Positions 1 through 13,115 of a DNA stretch of 64,000 nucleotides are shown piece by piece (the first letter of the stretch is position 1; the number at the start of each line of letters is the position of its first letter). The translations under genes and the position numbers were made by a program. Origin of the DNA: Paramecium tetraurelia. Lineage: Eukaryota. The stretch covers positions 124,001-188,000 of the forward strand of contig CT867987.1 of the NCBI GenBank assembly GCA_000165425.1, written 5' to 3'. The notes beneath the pieces were generated by a model. It was not told the origin of the DNA. It saw nothing but the letters and a program-made list of their open reading frames with translations, and did no database searches.

Positions 1-1780
1 GTTATTATTATTTGTATTATTCAGCCTAAGTTTCATCGAAGTTAATGTTTATTGATTGCATTTAAACTGGGTCAAGAACAATGTTGATTGATTACATTTC
101 AGCATCTCCTTGCACAATATTTATTGATTGGGCTACATCAGGTTATCTCTCGGTTGAATTCTGTTGGGCTCCTTGATTGTAATGAAAATAAGGGTCCTTA
201 TTTATTTTTTTATTGCCATAGGTATTATACTTATCGTCTTCATTAATTGGATTGAAGATTTCGTGTGGAATAATAGGTTTATTTTAGTAGACCATTTCTT
301 CTGGAGTGAGAGGAATATATTGATGGTCGTTTACATAAATATCATCTCTATGTTGAGGATTCATAAATTCATGAGGGATAAATCCACCGTTTTGAATGAT
401 TTCTTCAATTGGATCGAAAGGTATTTATGGATTTCTAAATAATTCTCTAGGTCCAGGTTCAAATTAAATTTCTTATTCTGTTGCTATTTGCTCATCAATT
501 TATTAATTATCTTCAACTTATTCTTAATCACCTTCTATTTATTCTTAATCTCCCTCTATTTATTCTTAATCACCTTCTATTTATTCTTAATCACCCTCTA
601 TTTATTCTTAATCTCCTTCTATTTATTCTTAATCTCCCTCTATTTATTCTTAATCACCTTCTATTTATTCTTAATCACCCTCTATTTATTCTTAATCTCC
701 TTCTATTTATTCTTAATCTCCCTCTATTTATTCTTAATCACCCCCTTAATCACCTTCTTATTATTCTAAATCACCTTCTTACTATTCTTAATCTGCTCCT
801 TCCTATTATTCTTATTATTATTCTTCTGGTTATTCTACATTTTCTTCTCCTTGATGGGAAATGAAAAAATCATCTAATCTCATTGTATACTATTTAATTT
901 TTTGCTTATTATGATCTTGAATTTCTTAGTCATTTAGGATATGCACTTAATTAACTGATCTTGTCTCAATTGGATTCAATTTATTATCAGTCTTAAATTT
1001 AGGTTCCTTTCTCAAAACAATTTGAAATTCGATTGGTACAGATATTTATTCTTGATGTTGAATCTGCTCATCCTCTAATTATTCTAGTTCTTGCAATTCT
1101 TCAACCAATTACTCAGCTTCCCCAATCTCTCCATTTCTTATGGGATCAAGGGAAATGTTGAGTTCTTCTAAAAACACTTCTTCAACTTCCATCTCCATAT
1201 TGGCTCTAATGCATACTTCGTAGAGTTTTTCGAGTGGAATAGGGATGGTTTCATCCATGATCATAGCCAATATATCTTTCAACCTTTAGACAACTCGAGT
1301 TCTGTTTGAACGCATTTCGTTTTTTAAGATTTGTAATAGAAAGTCTGGTTATTCTTCTGGATCTAATTCAATGAGATGCTCGATAATTTTGTTGTACAAC
1401 TTGTCATCATCCTGCCAACCAACTTTAAATACTGATTCTTCAGCCACTACTTATTTCATTTGTTATATTTTTTCTTCTAATTTTGATGCAGCATTAGGCG
1501 ATGGTGGATCTCTACTAGGATCCATTTTTAATTTAGTTGGGTACTCTCCCAAATGTGGAACAGGTTCTAAATCAGCAGCCACTCTGACTTCATGCTCTAA
1601 CTTATCATTGAAGGAGCTTGCCGTTTTAGCTGCTGCCAATAAATCATTGTCTGCCACTTGTGAGTCCATAAACCTTTGCATCCAAGGCGGATTGTATGTA
1701 GATATCCTGTCAGTTTGTATTAGTGATTAAATTACAAACTAAGCATGCACACAATACAACAGAGTTATAATTAAATACAT
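1..1780 (-). CDS. Secreted acidic/Gln-rich protein with QIEGDQE heptad repeats (3' end beyond window)
   Basis: ATG at 1780 gives MYLIITLLYCVHAQFV (signal-peptide-like). In code 6 the segments I translated, including 480 to 1, stay in this frame with no TGA. It includes track ORF 1463-1681. Confidence 0.8.
521..790. repeat. 21-bp coding tandem repeat (TTCTTAATCACCTTCTATTTA-like), ~10 near-perfect copies plus degenerate ones
   Basis: Directly visible. The minus strand reads TAA ATA GAA GGT GAT TAA GAA = QIEGDQE, in frame with ATG 1780. Confidence 0.9.
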
Positions 1781-1785
1781 TTAAT

Positions 1786-2534
1786 ATGAAATACATTATT
1801 TTGCTAGCTCTGTTATTCAATTTGAATCAATGCATTAGTTTCTATGCCAAAGAAGGAGTTGAAAAGTGCTTCTCAGATGAAGTGCCTAGTCAAACTGTAA
1901 GTCCCCATTATTCATCATTTAGATAGTAGTGATATATCATGAATTGATGTCAGAAGGTGTGGCCAAAAATGAAAAAAGAGGTATTCATTCGTTCTCCACT
2001 TAGACATCCCAAAAATGATCAAAGATGGAATCACTCTCAATGTCTATGGCCCTGATGGCAATATAGTGAAAACTGCTAAAACTGTGGAAGGAAAGAACAA
2101 ATTGTCATTCACAGCCAAAACAAGTACCTTTGTTACTCATACGTTTTAGTGGGCAGATACAAGTTCTGTGTAATCAAGTCCAAATAATTTTGGAGTGTCA
2201 ATGAGTACAAATACTCCATTAAAATACAACAGGGAGTTGATCACAATCTCCAAGATGCTGCAAATAAGACTCACGTTGAATCCATCAAAGGTATCACACA
2301 CTTTTTACTATTCCTTTTATAGACAGAATTTCAGCCTTGAAAAACAGAACAGATGATTTCATTTCGCTTTAATAATTGAATCGAGAACAAGAAGACAAAT
2401 TAACTACTCAATCGATCGACATCAGCAGAAGAGTCACTTAGACTACCATTTTATAAATTGTTGTCCTTCTTGCATCTGGTGTCTATTAGATTTGGAGTCT
2501 AAAGAAATTCTTTAAGTAGAGATTCTTGATGTGA
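1786..2534 (+). CDS. p24/emp24/gp25L (GOLD-domain) cargo receptor
   Basis: MKYIILLALLFNLNQC signal, EKCFSDEVP, GRYKFCV, coiled coil, TM and tail QIWSLKKFFKQRFLM*. Four tiny GT..AG introns. Confidence 0.9.
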
Positions 2535-2558
2535 TGTTTATTTTATTAAAAAATATCA

Positions 2559-3011
2559 ATGCTTTTCAACAAGGGACTTTATATACATTAATACTGTGTA
2601 TCACATCATTCCAATCCTGATCCCATCTAAATTACTTTCCATTTTGAAGAATCCTTACCGATTTGTCCACTAATCAAGATGCCATCCCAAAAAATTGAGT
2701 GGTTGTAAACCAAGTTGCCTTCAATCAAAACTAGAAATTCAAAGGCTGAAGCACAGACTGAAAGACAAAAATAAAATAAGAAGTCATGTCATACTAGAAT
2801 GGCATCACAGGTTAAATCCACTCCCACTTCTCCATTTACCGTAATTATGAGAACTAATAATCTATCCCCAAATGAGTTAGAAAATACTGCTAAAACTGTT
2901 CGTTATTAGTAGTTCCAACAACAATCATATTTAGTAAATAAATACTTAGCTCCGAGAAAGTTGGGATTGCATAGAGGAACCAATCCACTAAATTTTGGAT
3001 CAGAGAAATGA
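2559..3011 (+). CDS. Hypothetical protein, 150 aa
   Basis: Uninterrupted code-6 ORF MLFNKGLYIH...PLNFGSEK*. No recognisable domain. Confidence 0.6.
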
Positions 3012-3354
3012 GGGTTTCATAACTTATTATCCCACTATCGAATTCACTCATTTAATATAATAATTTAAATGCTGCCTTATATAAAAATAATTAAAGAATC
3101 AATTTTTACTTTATTTCGCCTTCTTTTCTTCTTAAGTATATATATAAATTATACTAATCAAATTTTAATTTGTTTTTATTAACCTATTGTTTTTATTTTT
3201 AAAATATTCAAACACATATTAGAGTCTTTAATAAATTCAAATATTAACATCATTTTCTATTACTCCTTTGAAAAGTTATTTGGAACCACTATGGGAGCTT
3301 AATTGGCAAGCATTTATTTTTAAAATTATTATATTTATATCAGATTTTATCTAT

Positions 3355-6300
3355 ATGTGGCTCCCCTTCTTGATCGTGATTTCAGAAGCCTGTGATGTCA
3401 GAATCGATGAAATAAACATCTATCCAACTTAAGGAGAGAATTACATACTTCCAATGGACACATTATTTAGTGGCAGGAACTTGTCCTATTTTTGTTAGAA
3501 CTGCCCCAACAACCTTATTCTCTATAATACCTTCGAAACTATTGTCTCCAAAGACAATTATGGTAAATATGGAAATTTAATGAAGGCTTCACCACTAAGT
3601 CAATCGACTCAAATAAGACACATTTTGCTGTCTTGACTTACGAATAAACTCTAAATATTTATAATAATGATCTAGATTTGGTATCAAATCTCTAACTAAC
3701 TGATGGTTGGACGTATTTTAATGCAATCTACACGATCAACAATGAAGTTTTGCTGAATTGTTATAATCAGAATGTATTGTAATTTCTTTTTTAAAAACAA
3801 AATAAGTTCGTTTCTATATAGAAGTTGACATCACCCACTCCCATGAAAACTAAGATGAGATCATTTATTACCCAAAAGAAAGAAGCATTATTGTATGCGC
3901 AATTCTATGCTGAGTACTCAACTCTAACTCTCTTTATTTGGGAAGATGATCATTATAAAAACACTAGTGAGTGGTAGCATCAAATATTAGATTTCGATAT
4001 ATCAGACAAAGGATTCATCTATATTTTAGTTCCCAATGTGGGAATCTACCAGGCAATCATAGACAAGGAACTTAAATTTAGTGTGCCAACAATGCATTTA
4101 TCACCTCTGCAGCTACTCACAATAACAATTGGAACTAGTGTTACTTTAAACTCATAATTGGATATACTAATAATTACAAGCTTTGATTATGGTTCTTCTG
4201 TTTAAAAATATGTGGCATGGGAAAATTCTATTTATTTTTTTGGAGATTTTATTTTAACATATTTTGACTTTAGTCTTTACTCTACTTTACAAGTCCAAAT
4301 TAGTTAATATTTTTTAATCATTCAATAAGATAACTATTTTACTGTGAATTCAGCAGAAATCATCTATCAATCCTAAAATCGCAAGTCCATGTTTACATTT
4401 TCAAGAAACACTAATGACATCACATAAATATATTCCTATTTAGATCCAGCAACTAACCGTTTATATGAATTTAGCAACAAATTAACAGTTTCAACAATTC
4501 AGAACCCATAACTAAAAGGAATATTTGATCTTAATATCTCAAAGGGTCATTTTTCTATCTCTGCGTTTGAAATAGAGTTGCCCTTTTTAAATAGATTTTG
4601 TCGATCTCAAATTACATTTAATCTTTTGCCAAAGAATGACACCAATATCTATTAAGTGTACAATCAGAAATTGCCTAAAGTGATTATGCAAAATTCAATC
4701 GTTTAATATGCAGTGGACAGTTTTTCAGGTCCTCTATAAAAAATCAATGCAAACATCTCTGATCCTAAATTAGGGAAATTCGATGATGAGACCTTTGAAC
4801 TCTTAAATGTTTAGATTGATTAAGAATTTGACTTAGTTAAACTATTTTATGTAACTCAACTTTCTCTAGAAGGATTAATTTTAGTAGGGGTTCAAGATCT
4901 GACTTTGTATATTTATATTTGTTAAAGTAATTACACTTGCATGTAAGTTTATAATAATATTTTTAATCAAAAGATTCACTTCATAGAAATTTCATTTTAT
5001 TATTTATCAAACTTTACAGTAGCTATTAATTAAGGAAGTGTTGAATTGATATTAATCTAGGCTAATTACGACGAACAATTATTTGGCTAAAATATCGCCT
5101 TTTCAGAAACAGTTATCTGTTGTTAACCATTTGAGTAGTTTTTATTAACTTACAAAAATTTAGTTCTCCTGACTCCTGATAAGAGAATAATTATAACCAC
5201 GTTTAATTAAGATGTTATTTTCAGTTTAGATGAAGAAATAGTGAACCAACTTTTCTATGATCAAATCGAAAAACGATTAGAATTCAACCCTAAATCAATT
5301 ATTACTAATTAGTTAAACCTAGCATCTATTTTTTTTATTAATAACAGGGATAACTTTATTATAATTGATATTGCTTATAACAATAGTCTTATACCAATAA
5401 GTATTACTTTTGTTAACTATGAAATTTATTCATTGAATCTTGTTAATGAATAGATAGTGGTTTCAAATTTATTGGAGGATGATATGCTTGAATTTGAAGT
5501 ATATAAAATTTACAACATTTTGAAACCTGAATTTTAGAAGTAATTACCCCCTTTGTAAATTCTAAGAGGGGTTCCAATTTATTCTGATGATGCTCATCTC
5601 TATGTTCGCTCTCAAGCGAATTATATGGTAGTTTATAGTCCCGCTCTGCCTTACCACAGTACTTAGTATTTTAGATTCAAATTCACAGGGAATTACTTCA
5701 GTTGCATCGACTTAAATTATACATCCTATGTTACTTTTTCTAATAAGTATTATTTGTTGCATGTTGCAATAACTGAACAATTTATAAGCAGTAATGTTAT
5801 AAATGCTACCTACATTTCAGAATTAACTTAGATATTTGCTGTATCATCTGCATTAAATGTTGAATCAAAATAGTATTTTGACGATACTATTTATATTATA
5901 AATCCACTAATTGATATTGAAGTGGATTCTAAGAATTTAACATACCAGTTTCAAAAGGCTGAGCATTTTAGAATCGATTTAGATTTTCTATTCAATTTTT
6001 AAATTCTTAAATATGATTTGTAAACTAATGAGTAAGACTCAAAATAATCAAGTGTCGCATGTTAGTTATATCCATATTTTTAAGGTTAATAGAATTATAG
6101 TTTTCCAAACTTTACAATAGTATTGAATGTGAATAACGAGTTCTATTTATAAAGCAACACCTCAATACTTGGAGTGCAATCTGGAGTGCAAACATAATAT
6201 CTCTATTAGTTCTAAAAGTGTATGGCCTCTGCATCTTATTAAAATAAAATATACACAATTTGTATTAGTTCTTAAATAACATTCCTAATCTAATTTGAAA

Positions 6301-7391
6301 TTTCAGGAGCCAATATTACACAACTTTTTGGGTATGCTGCTTTGCCATTATCATGCCAAGTGATTAAAAAAATGGTTTAATTTTAGAATTTAACCTTTGT
6401 ACTTGGCTAGAATGTAATATCAAGTAAATATGAGTATATTTACGTATACAATCTATATAACTTAAGCAATATTACAGTCTAAAATGTATCTTGCAAGAAA
6501 GGCATTGAGGATTTCGCAGTTCAATATCTCTATAACCAAACTCAAAGTGAGCAAATTATTGCTATATTTTTCATCTGCGATAATGCACTTTATTATAACC
6601 TTGGCTATTTAAATTAGATTAATTACACACTTCATTTGGATAAGGATTTTTAGAATGTTATCTTAAAAGATAAAAAACTATTAATATTGAAATAAACGGC
6701 TATGCTGCAAATAATTCCCTTAGCTTTGAAGTATAACGAGATCCTGCTGGCTCTAACAACCACAAATGCCACAACTTTCATTTTCACCATGACATTCAGC
6801 AAAGATTTATACGTCAAAAAAGAACTGCAGTTATAGACTATAGTCTAAACAATCCCCCCATATGGAAATTATACTCAATAATACTTTGGATTAGCAATGA
6901 AAGGTATATTATTACTACTGTTTGCCTAATAAAATGAGCGTGTTTTTGCTGTCTATAATTATACCAAAATTTAAAGCAACATTAGAGAACCTTTAATGAT
7001 GATGGGAGGCCTTAATTAATCACTCCCTAACCCCTAAGGAGTGGCTATCTCCATAGTGTCTAATAAGTTAGGGGGCTAAATTGTGGATTTAACAAATGGA
7101 TCACTAAATATATATAATTTTACTTCTTCAAATTATTTAACATGCTAATCAACTTAAAGAGCTCACAACGATTAATATTATTCATTGAGTCTTTACAATT
7201 CTTTTAGTTCAGATACTATAGAATTAATTTTCCAATATAAAAAAGAGGGTCCAACTTATTGGATATATATCCTTTTGGCTATGGTCATTTTAAGTGTACT
7301 AAGCTTTGTCTATGTATATCGACAAAAGATGAAGGATCATAGGTATTTTTTTGAGGGAGAAGAAGAATTAACTGATGAATTTGAGCTTTGA
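3355..7391 (+). CDS. Large single-pass (type I) membrane protein of unknown function
   Basis: MWLPFLIVISEAC signal, long ectodomain, C-terminal TM (YWIYILLAMVILSVLSFVYVY) and acidic tail ending TGA 7389-7391. Several tiny introns. Confidence 0.75.
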
Positions 7392-7807
7392 ATTAACTTG
7401 TATTTATAACCTATTTATAAAGTATAATAATAAATTCTAAGAATTATAAATCCTAAAGATTAAAATACGAATGATGCTAAATACATATATTATAAACTAT
7501 AATAATAGAAATAGTGTTAATGTCATAAATGTTTTGAAGAGTAAAATTTAATTGGGGTGATGAACCATATATAAAAAGGGAACTTTGAAGATATATTATT
7601 GTATAGGAATAAAGTAAGCATGGTTATTGAAATAACTCTAATCTTGGATAAGAAAAGCAAAATAAAGAATATAATTTTTATATATATGATGAAGTGGGTT
7701 ATTAGAAGATCCATATTTAAGAAGTAAATAAGTTTGTATTGTAATTAAAACTGATTTCAGGATTATAAATTTAATATCTATATAAATTATATTAAGATTA
7801 TATTTTA

Positions 7808-8726
7808 ATGGGGTCTTGTAAAAGTTGCGAAACTCCTCAAGATGACAAGATTTTACATGCTTTGCCTAGTGATTCGAAAAGACCTAAGAGCGCCGAGATA
7901 ATTGCTCCAATGACTGGAGAAACCGAAGTAACTCGAGATAAAAGAGGAACATTTACTTATGAAAATGGAGCAAAATATACTGGAGAATGGTACAATATTA
8001 TTTTATATTTTGTTTTGGATTGGTATATGTCGTGATGGTTTTGGTACTCAAGTTTGGCCAGATGGAGCCCAGTATGAAGGACAATGGAAGGATGATAAAG
8101 CTCAAGGGAAGGGAGTCTTTAAACATGCAGATGGTGATATATGTAAATGAGTTTATTGAGTATTTAGATGATGGAGAGTGGGAAAATGACAAGGCAAATG
8201 GCTATGGTATTTATATTCATGCTGATGGTTCCAAATATGAAGGACTCTGGAAGGATGATAAATAACATGGCTATGGAAGTGAAACTTGGACTGATGGAAG
8301 CAAATACGAGGGAACCTACAAGTATGGAATGAAAGATGGTACTGGAACCTATTATTGGCCAGACGGAAAGGTTTATTAAGGCTAATGGTTACAAAACAAA
8401 ATGACAGGATACGGAGTATGTCATTGGAAAGATGGAAGATGCTATATTGGTGAATGGTTGGATAATAATATGCATGGTCATGGTAAATACACTACTCCAG
8501 ATGGGAAACAATATGAAGGAGATTATTATTTTGATAAAAAGCACGGATTTGGCACATTTACTTGGCCAGATGGCAAGAAGTAACTATGAAAATAATTTGT
8601 AGATATTCTGGAAACTGGAAGAAGGGTAAGTAACATGGCAAAGGTAAAATAATAGTTGATAAAATTGAAAAACATGGAATGTGGGAAGATGGCAAACGCA
8701 TTAGATGGATTGAAGATGAAGATTGA
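7808..8726 (+). CDS. MORN-repeat protein with N-terminal MGSCKSC acylation-type motif; first intron lacks an AG acceptor (possible pseudogene)
   Basis: Repeated YEGxWxxxKxxGxG motifs. Introns 8143-8167 and 8580-8602 are canonical; putative intron 7990-8017 ends in TTG. Confidence 0.85.
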
Positions 8727-9208
8727 TTCTTTATATTTTTGTAATTAATGTTTTTTTCGATTGTTTATAAGTTGATTAATTAAAACACTTAATTATATTT
8801 TGATTTTAAAATTAAATCAATCTATCTCTTTGAACCTATTTAATGATTTCATAATTTATATATATAGAGATATGAAGTGCACTTGATAAAAGGAAATATA
8901 AAAAAAATTAATTCAAATAATTCTACTGTACTTTTTTAATGATCCAATTAAAAATAATTAAATAAAAACTAAGTTCTATATGATTATTATAAAAAGAATG
9001 ATATATTATCAACCTATAGAATACTTTATATATACTTTAATAAACACCTATATAATGACTTCACAAGATCAGAACTATTTCATTTGAGTACCAAACAAAT
9101 ATAAATTACCAATTGAACCAGTTATCATTCTTTGTTAAACTTTCACAAAATTGATTTTATTGAGTAATATAAAATGAAATTTTATATATAATTATAAATA
9201 TATATAAA

Positions 9209-11250
9209 ATGTCTAACCACCGCAATTTGAAGGATTTGTTTCCCTCAAAATTGAATTAAATGAAACCAAAAGTTGTAATTTATTGGGGTAATATTATTAG
9301 CAACAAAGTGAAACAACAAAGTAAACTCATAAATCACCTTTGGGTCTAAGTTAATTTACAAGTTTTTTTCAATTAGCTCAATTGTCATCTAAAAATAAAA
9401 ACAAATAATCTCAACAGAGAAGTGTAACACCTTAAAAAATAAAAATTGTTCAATTAAATATACAAAAATAAGATTAATCACAAATCTAAATTCAATCTAA
9501 GCATTTACGAAATTAGAGTGCATCGAATATCAATAGCAGCAGAAGTAATTCATTTTTTAAAGAAAAACAAGATTACTTATTCTAAAATACAAGTTCTCGC
9601 AGTCCTATTCAAACATTTTTGAAATAGGAATTAAAATAATCAAAACTATTAATCAATTCCCAGTTGCATCACTAGTAGGCTTCAAATTTAGACTTGTAAA
9701 GCAAATCCAAAGATTAATCCCCTATTAAACCAGCATTTTACGATAATTTAGACATAATCAATAGGAATACTGCAAGAAAAAATTCTCAATCTCCGAATAC
9801 GTCAATTTAAAAAATATCTCCTTTTATTAATCTTAAACAATCGAGTTCAACCAACATCAAATACCCAGATCATCAGATAAAGCAATAAAATAGTTTGGTC
9901 AAAGAAAATAAACCTGCAGATAAACCATATCAATTAATCAATCATGAGGTTCCGTAAATCCAGATAAAAAAGCAAGAGTTTCAGGTGCCTAGCCAATTTA
10001 AATAAAGCAAAGGACTTGATAATTTATTTAACTCTATGTTAAGTATTTAGCACATATCGCATATTTCGAGAAATGAAAATTCAAAGAGCATTTTTAGATA
10101 ACAAGAGAAGCCTCAATCCAGTGATGATGAAGAGGAAACTTTGATTGTCGATTGCAATATCTAAATCAACAAGTATAGTTTTCAATTTCATTACGTGATT
10201 GGCAAGGGAGGTTTTGGAAAGGTGTGGAGAGTTGAAATGAAAAAAAGCAAATAATATTATGCAATGAAAGAGATGTCAAAAGCTAAAATAATAGCGAAAC
10301 GGAGTGTTAATTCTGTCATGAATGAACGTAATCTTTTAGCTTAATTCAAACATCCCTTTTTAATCAATATGAATTATTGTTTTTAAGATAGAGAAAATCT
10401 CTATCTCGTAATGGATTTATTGACTGGAGGAGATCTGAGATATCATATTGGAAAAATGAGAAGATTCAAAGAGCATCAAACAAAGTTCTTTATTGCCTGT
10501 GTGTTTCTTGCACTAGAATTCTTACATAATAATAATATTATTCATAGAGACTTAAAACCTGAAAACCTAGTTTTAGATAAACAGGGGTATGCAAGATTGA
10601 CGGATCTAGGGATTGCAAGAGTGTGGAAATCAGAGAATTCTCAAGATACAAGTGGAACACCAGGATATATGGGTAATATTTAGTAACTAATTGAATAGCT
10701 CCTGAAGTTATGTGTAGATAAAATCATACTATAGCAGTGGATTACTTTGCATTGGGAATAATGGGCTATGAATTTATGTTAGGAAGGAGACCGTACAATG
10801 GAAGATCAAGATAAGAAATTCGTGATCAAATTTTGACTAGATAAGTGCAAATCAAAAGGTCTGAAATACCTGATGATTGGTCGGTGGAGGCTGCAGATTT
10901 CATCAACAAGCTTATTTAGAGAAAGCCTGCGAACAGATTAGGATTTAAGGGACCTGAGGAAGTGAAAAATCATCCTTGGCTTCGTAATTTCCCATGGTAA
11001 AAACTCTTGAACAAAGAGATCGAGTCTCCTTATATTCCGAAAGTAAAATTTTATTACTAATAAGTAAATTGATGATAATGTGGAATATCTGAATTAAATA
11101 AGCGAAGATAATGATAGTTAGGATGAATTAATTAAAGAAAATAAGCTTTTACTAAAAAAGAATTCAGTCCAAAATTTATTTAGTGGATATAGTTATGAAT
11201 GTAATACAAAATACACTAAGAGTACATCTAGTACTCTTTTTTTGGGATGA
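9209..11250 (+). CDS. AGC-group Ser/Thr kinase with long low-complexity N-terminus
   Basis: [32 protein letters not shown](A)PE and an AGC-type C-tail. Stop TGA 11248-11250. Confidence 0.9.
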
Positions 11251-11289
11251 CTTTATTATTTTATATTTAATATATAGTAAACTAAACAT

Positions 11290-13047
11290 ATGTTTAGACG
11301 AGTGTCGAATATCGATAAGCTAAAATAATAGATGAAATTGAGCCAATAAGTCAAAGAACTTTTGCAGAGAGGAGAGATAGATATTGAAAACCCATTTCAT
11401 TTTGAAGTAAAACTGAATGAAAATAGATTATCATTGCTATATTATCTAAAGATGAAAAATAGAGGAATTAAAATGATTTAAATGTGTTGGCTTCAGCACT
11501 TTCAACTATAAAATACTTTCATGAAATGTTAAAAACTACAAGTTTCGATGAAATGCTCAATTTATACAAGGAGTTGCAATACATTAATTTACCTGCTCGT
11601 AGGACACTTTTCAGATGTGGTGACATTGGCAAAAACTTTTATATAATTTTGAGAGGCAGTGTTTGGGTAATCATGAAATTTATTTAAGGTGTTGGTTGGT
11701 AGAAGTGGACTTGGAGATGAGAGATTAGAAAAATAGGAAAAGAAGCCAGATAAAAAATATGATAAAAAGCAAGAAAAAAAACATGAGATTGGTAAAGAGT
11801 TTGATGAAGGAGAAGAATCAGTATACTTTATGGCTAACTTAGGATGAAGATCAATATGAAGATTTGGAAGATGAGAAAATGCTTGAAAATAAATACCCAA
11901 ATATGATGAAGGTAGGTAAGATAGAGTAGGGAGGCAGTTTTGGAGAAATAGCTTTAACTAATTCAGTGCCTAGACAGGCTACAATAGTGTGCGCAGAAAA
12001 TTGTTAATTTATTAAATTATCAAGGGAAGCTTTTAATAAGTTTTTATGTAATTTATTTAATAAATGTTATAGCTGAGTATTATACAAGAATTTAAAATAA
12101 AAACTTCTTGTTTCTTAAATCAATTAACATTTTCTCAGATTGGTCAGATGGAGATGTAGGATTAATACAATATCATCTACAAAATATTGAATACACGATG
12201 AATACAGTTATCTATAGAGAAGGAGAATTGATTAAAGGAGTCTATTTCATTGTCTCAGGAGTAGTTGAAATACAATAAAAAAGCAAATCAAATCATAAAA
12301 TTTAATAGAATCAATTAATTCATAAACAATAGATTGTACTGAATAGATATTCTGCAGGATAAGTCTTTGGATTTCTGGAAATTTTATAAAATAAAAAAGC
12401 TAGAGAAACAAAAGCAGTTTGTTTAACTGAAAAAGTTAAAATACTCTTTTTAGATGAAGATGTAATTATTGTTTAATTTCAAGAGATTTAAATTGTATTG
12501 TTGTCAAGGGTAGTCTTAAAAAGTCTTAGACAAAATGTCCAAATAGATGGAATATACTTTTGAAAAAGCAAATTTCTTATACCAGGAAGCTTTAAAGTAA
12601 TCAAATCAATCTTTGTCTCTGAACCTTGCTGAAAGTGACAGTTATTTATAAAGATTAAAAACAGAAAATCAACCTATTTGTAAAACTAATAGAAGCAAAA
12701 TAGTTAAAAGATCTTTAGACATATTAGGCAATATATCTCATCAATCATCGAAAATTTTAAATTATTGTGAATGTGTCTCTGCATTTAACAAAGATAATCA
12801 AGTGAAATTGAACTTAAATAATCCATTGATTCAAATTGAGCCCAGCAAAAGAGTAAAAATGCAACAAATACAGTTTCAATAACTGTATTCACCAGGCCCT
12901 CCTCCTACTTCACGAATTCCTTAATTTTCTAGTAGGGATTCAAGATAAACCATACTCAGATAATTGAAATTGCCAAGTTTATTCAAATCATAATAATCAG
13001 AATAAGATGACAGAATTTCTATTAGATAATTAGATCCTGTGATTTGA
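11290..13047 (+). CDS. Cyclic-nucleotide-binding domain protein (two cNMP-like domains)
   Basis: LFRCGDIGKNFYIILRGSV, GSFGEIALTNSVPRQATI, and a second IYREGELIKGVYFIVSGVV...FGFLE. Stop TGA 13045-13047. Confidence 0.85.
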
Positions 13048-13115
13048 ATTGAAGATTAATAAAGAATTTTTAAAATACTGAATTTTTCCGAAAAATTCAA
13101 TAATAATGCTATTCT

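Noticed and set aside
481..864. Leu/Phe-rich plus-strand ORFs; possible CRISPR-like array
   Set aside because: They are antisense to a coding 21-bp tandem repeat, have no unique spacers, and the context is eukaryotic.
2585..3051. Minus-strand ORF starting MSEFDSG
   Set aside because: It overlaps a longer clean plus-strand ORF (2559-3011), which I preferred.
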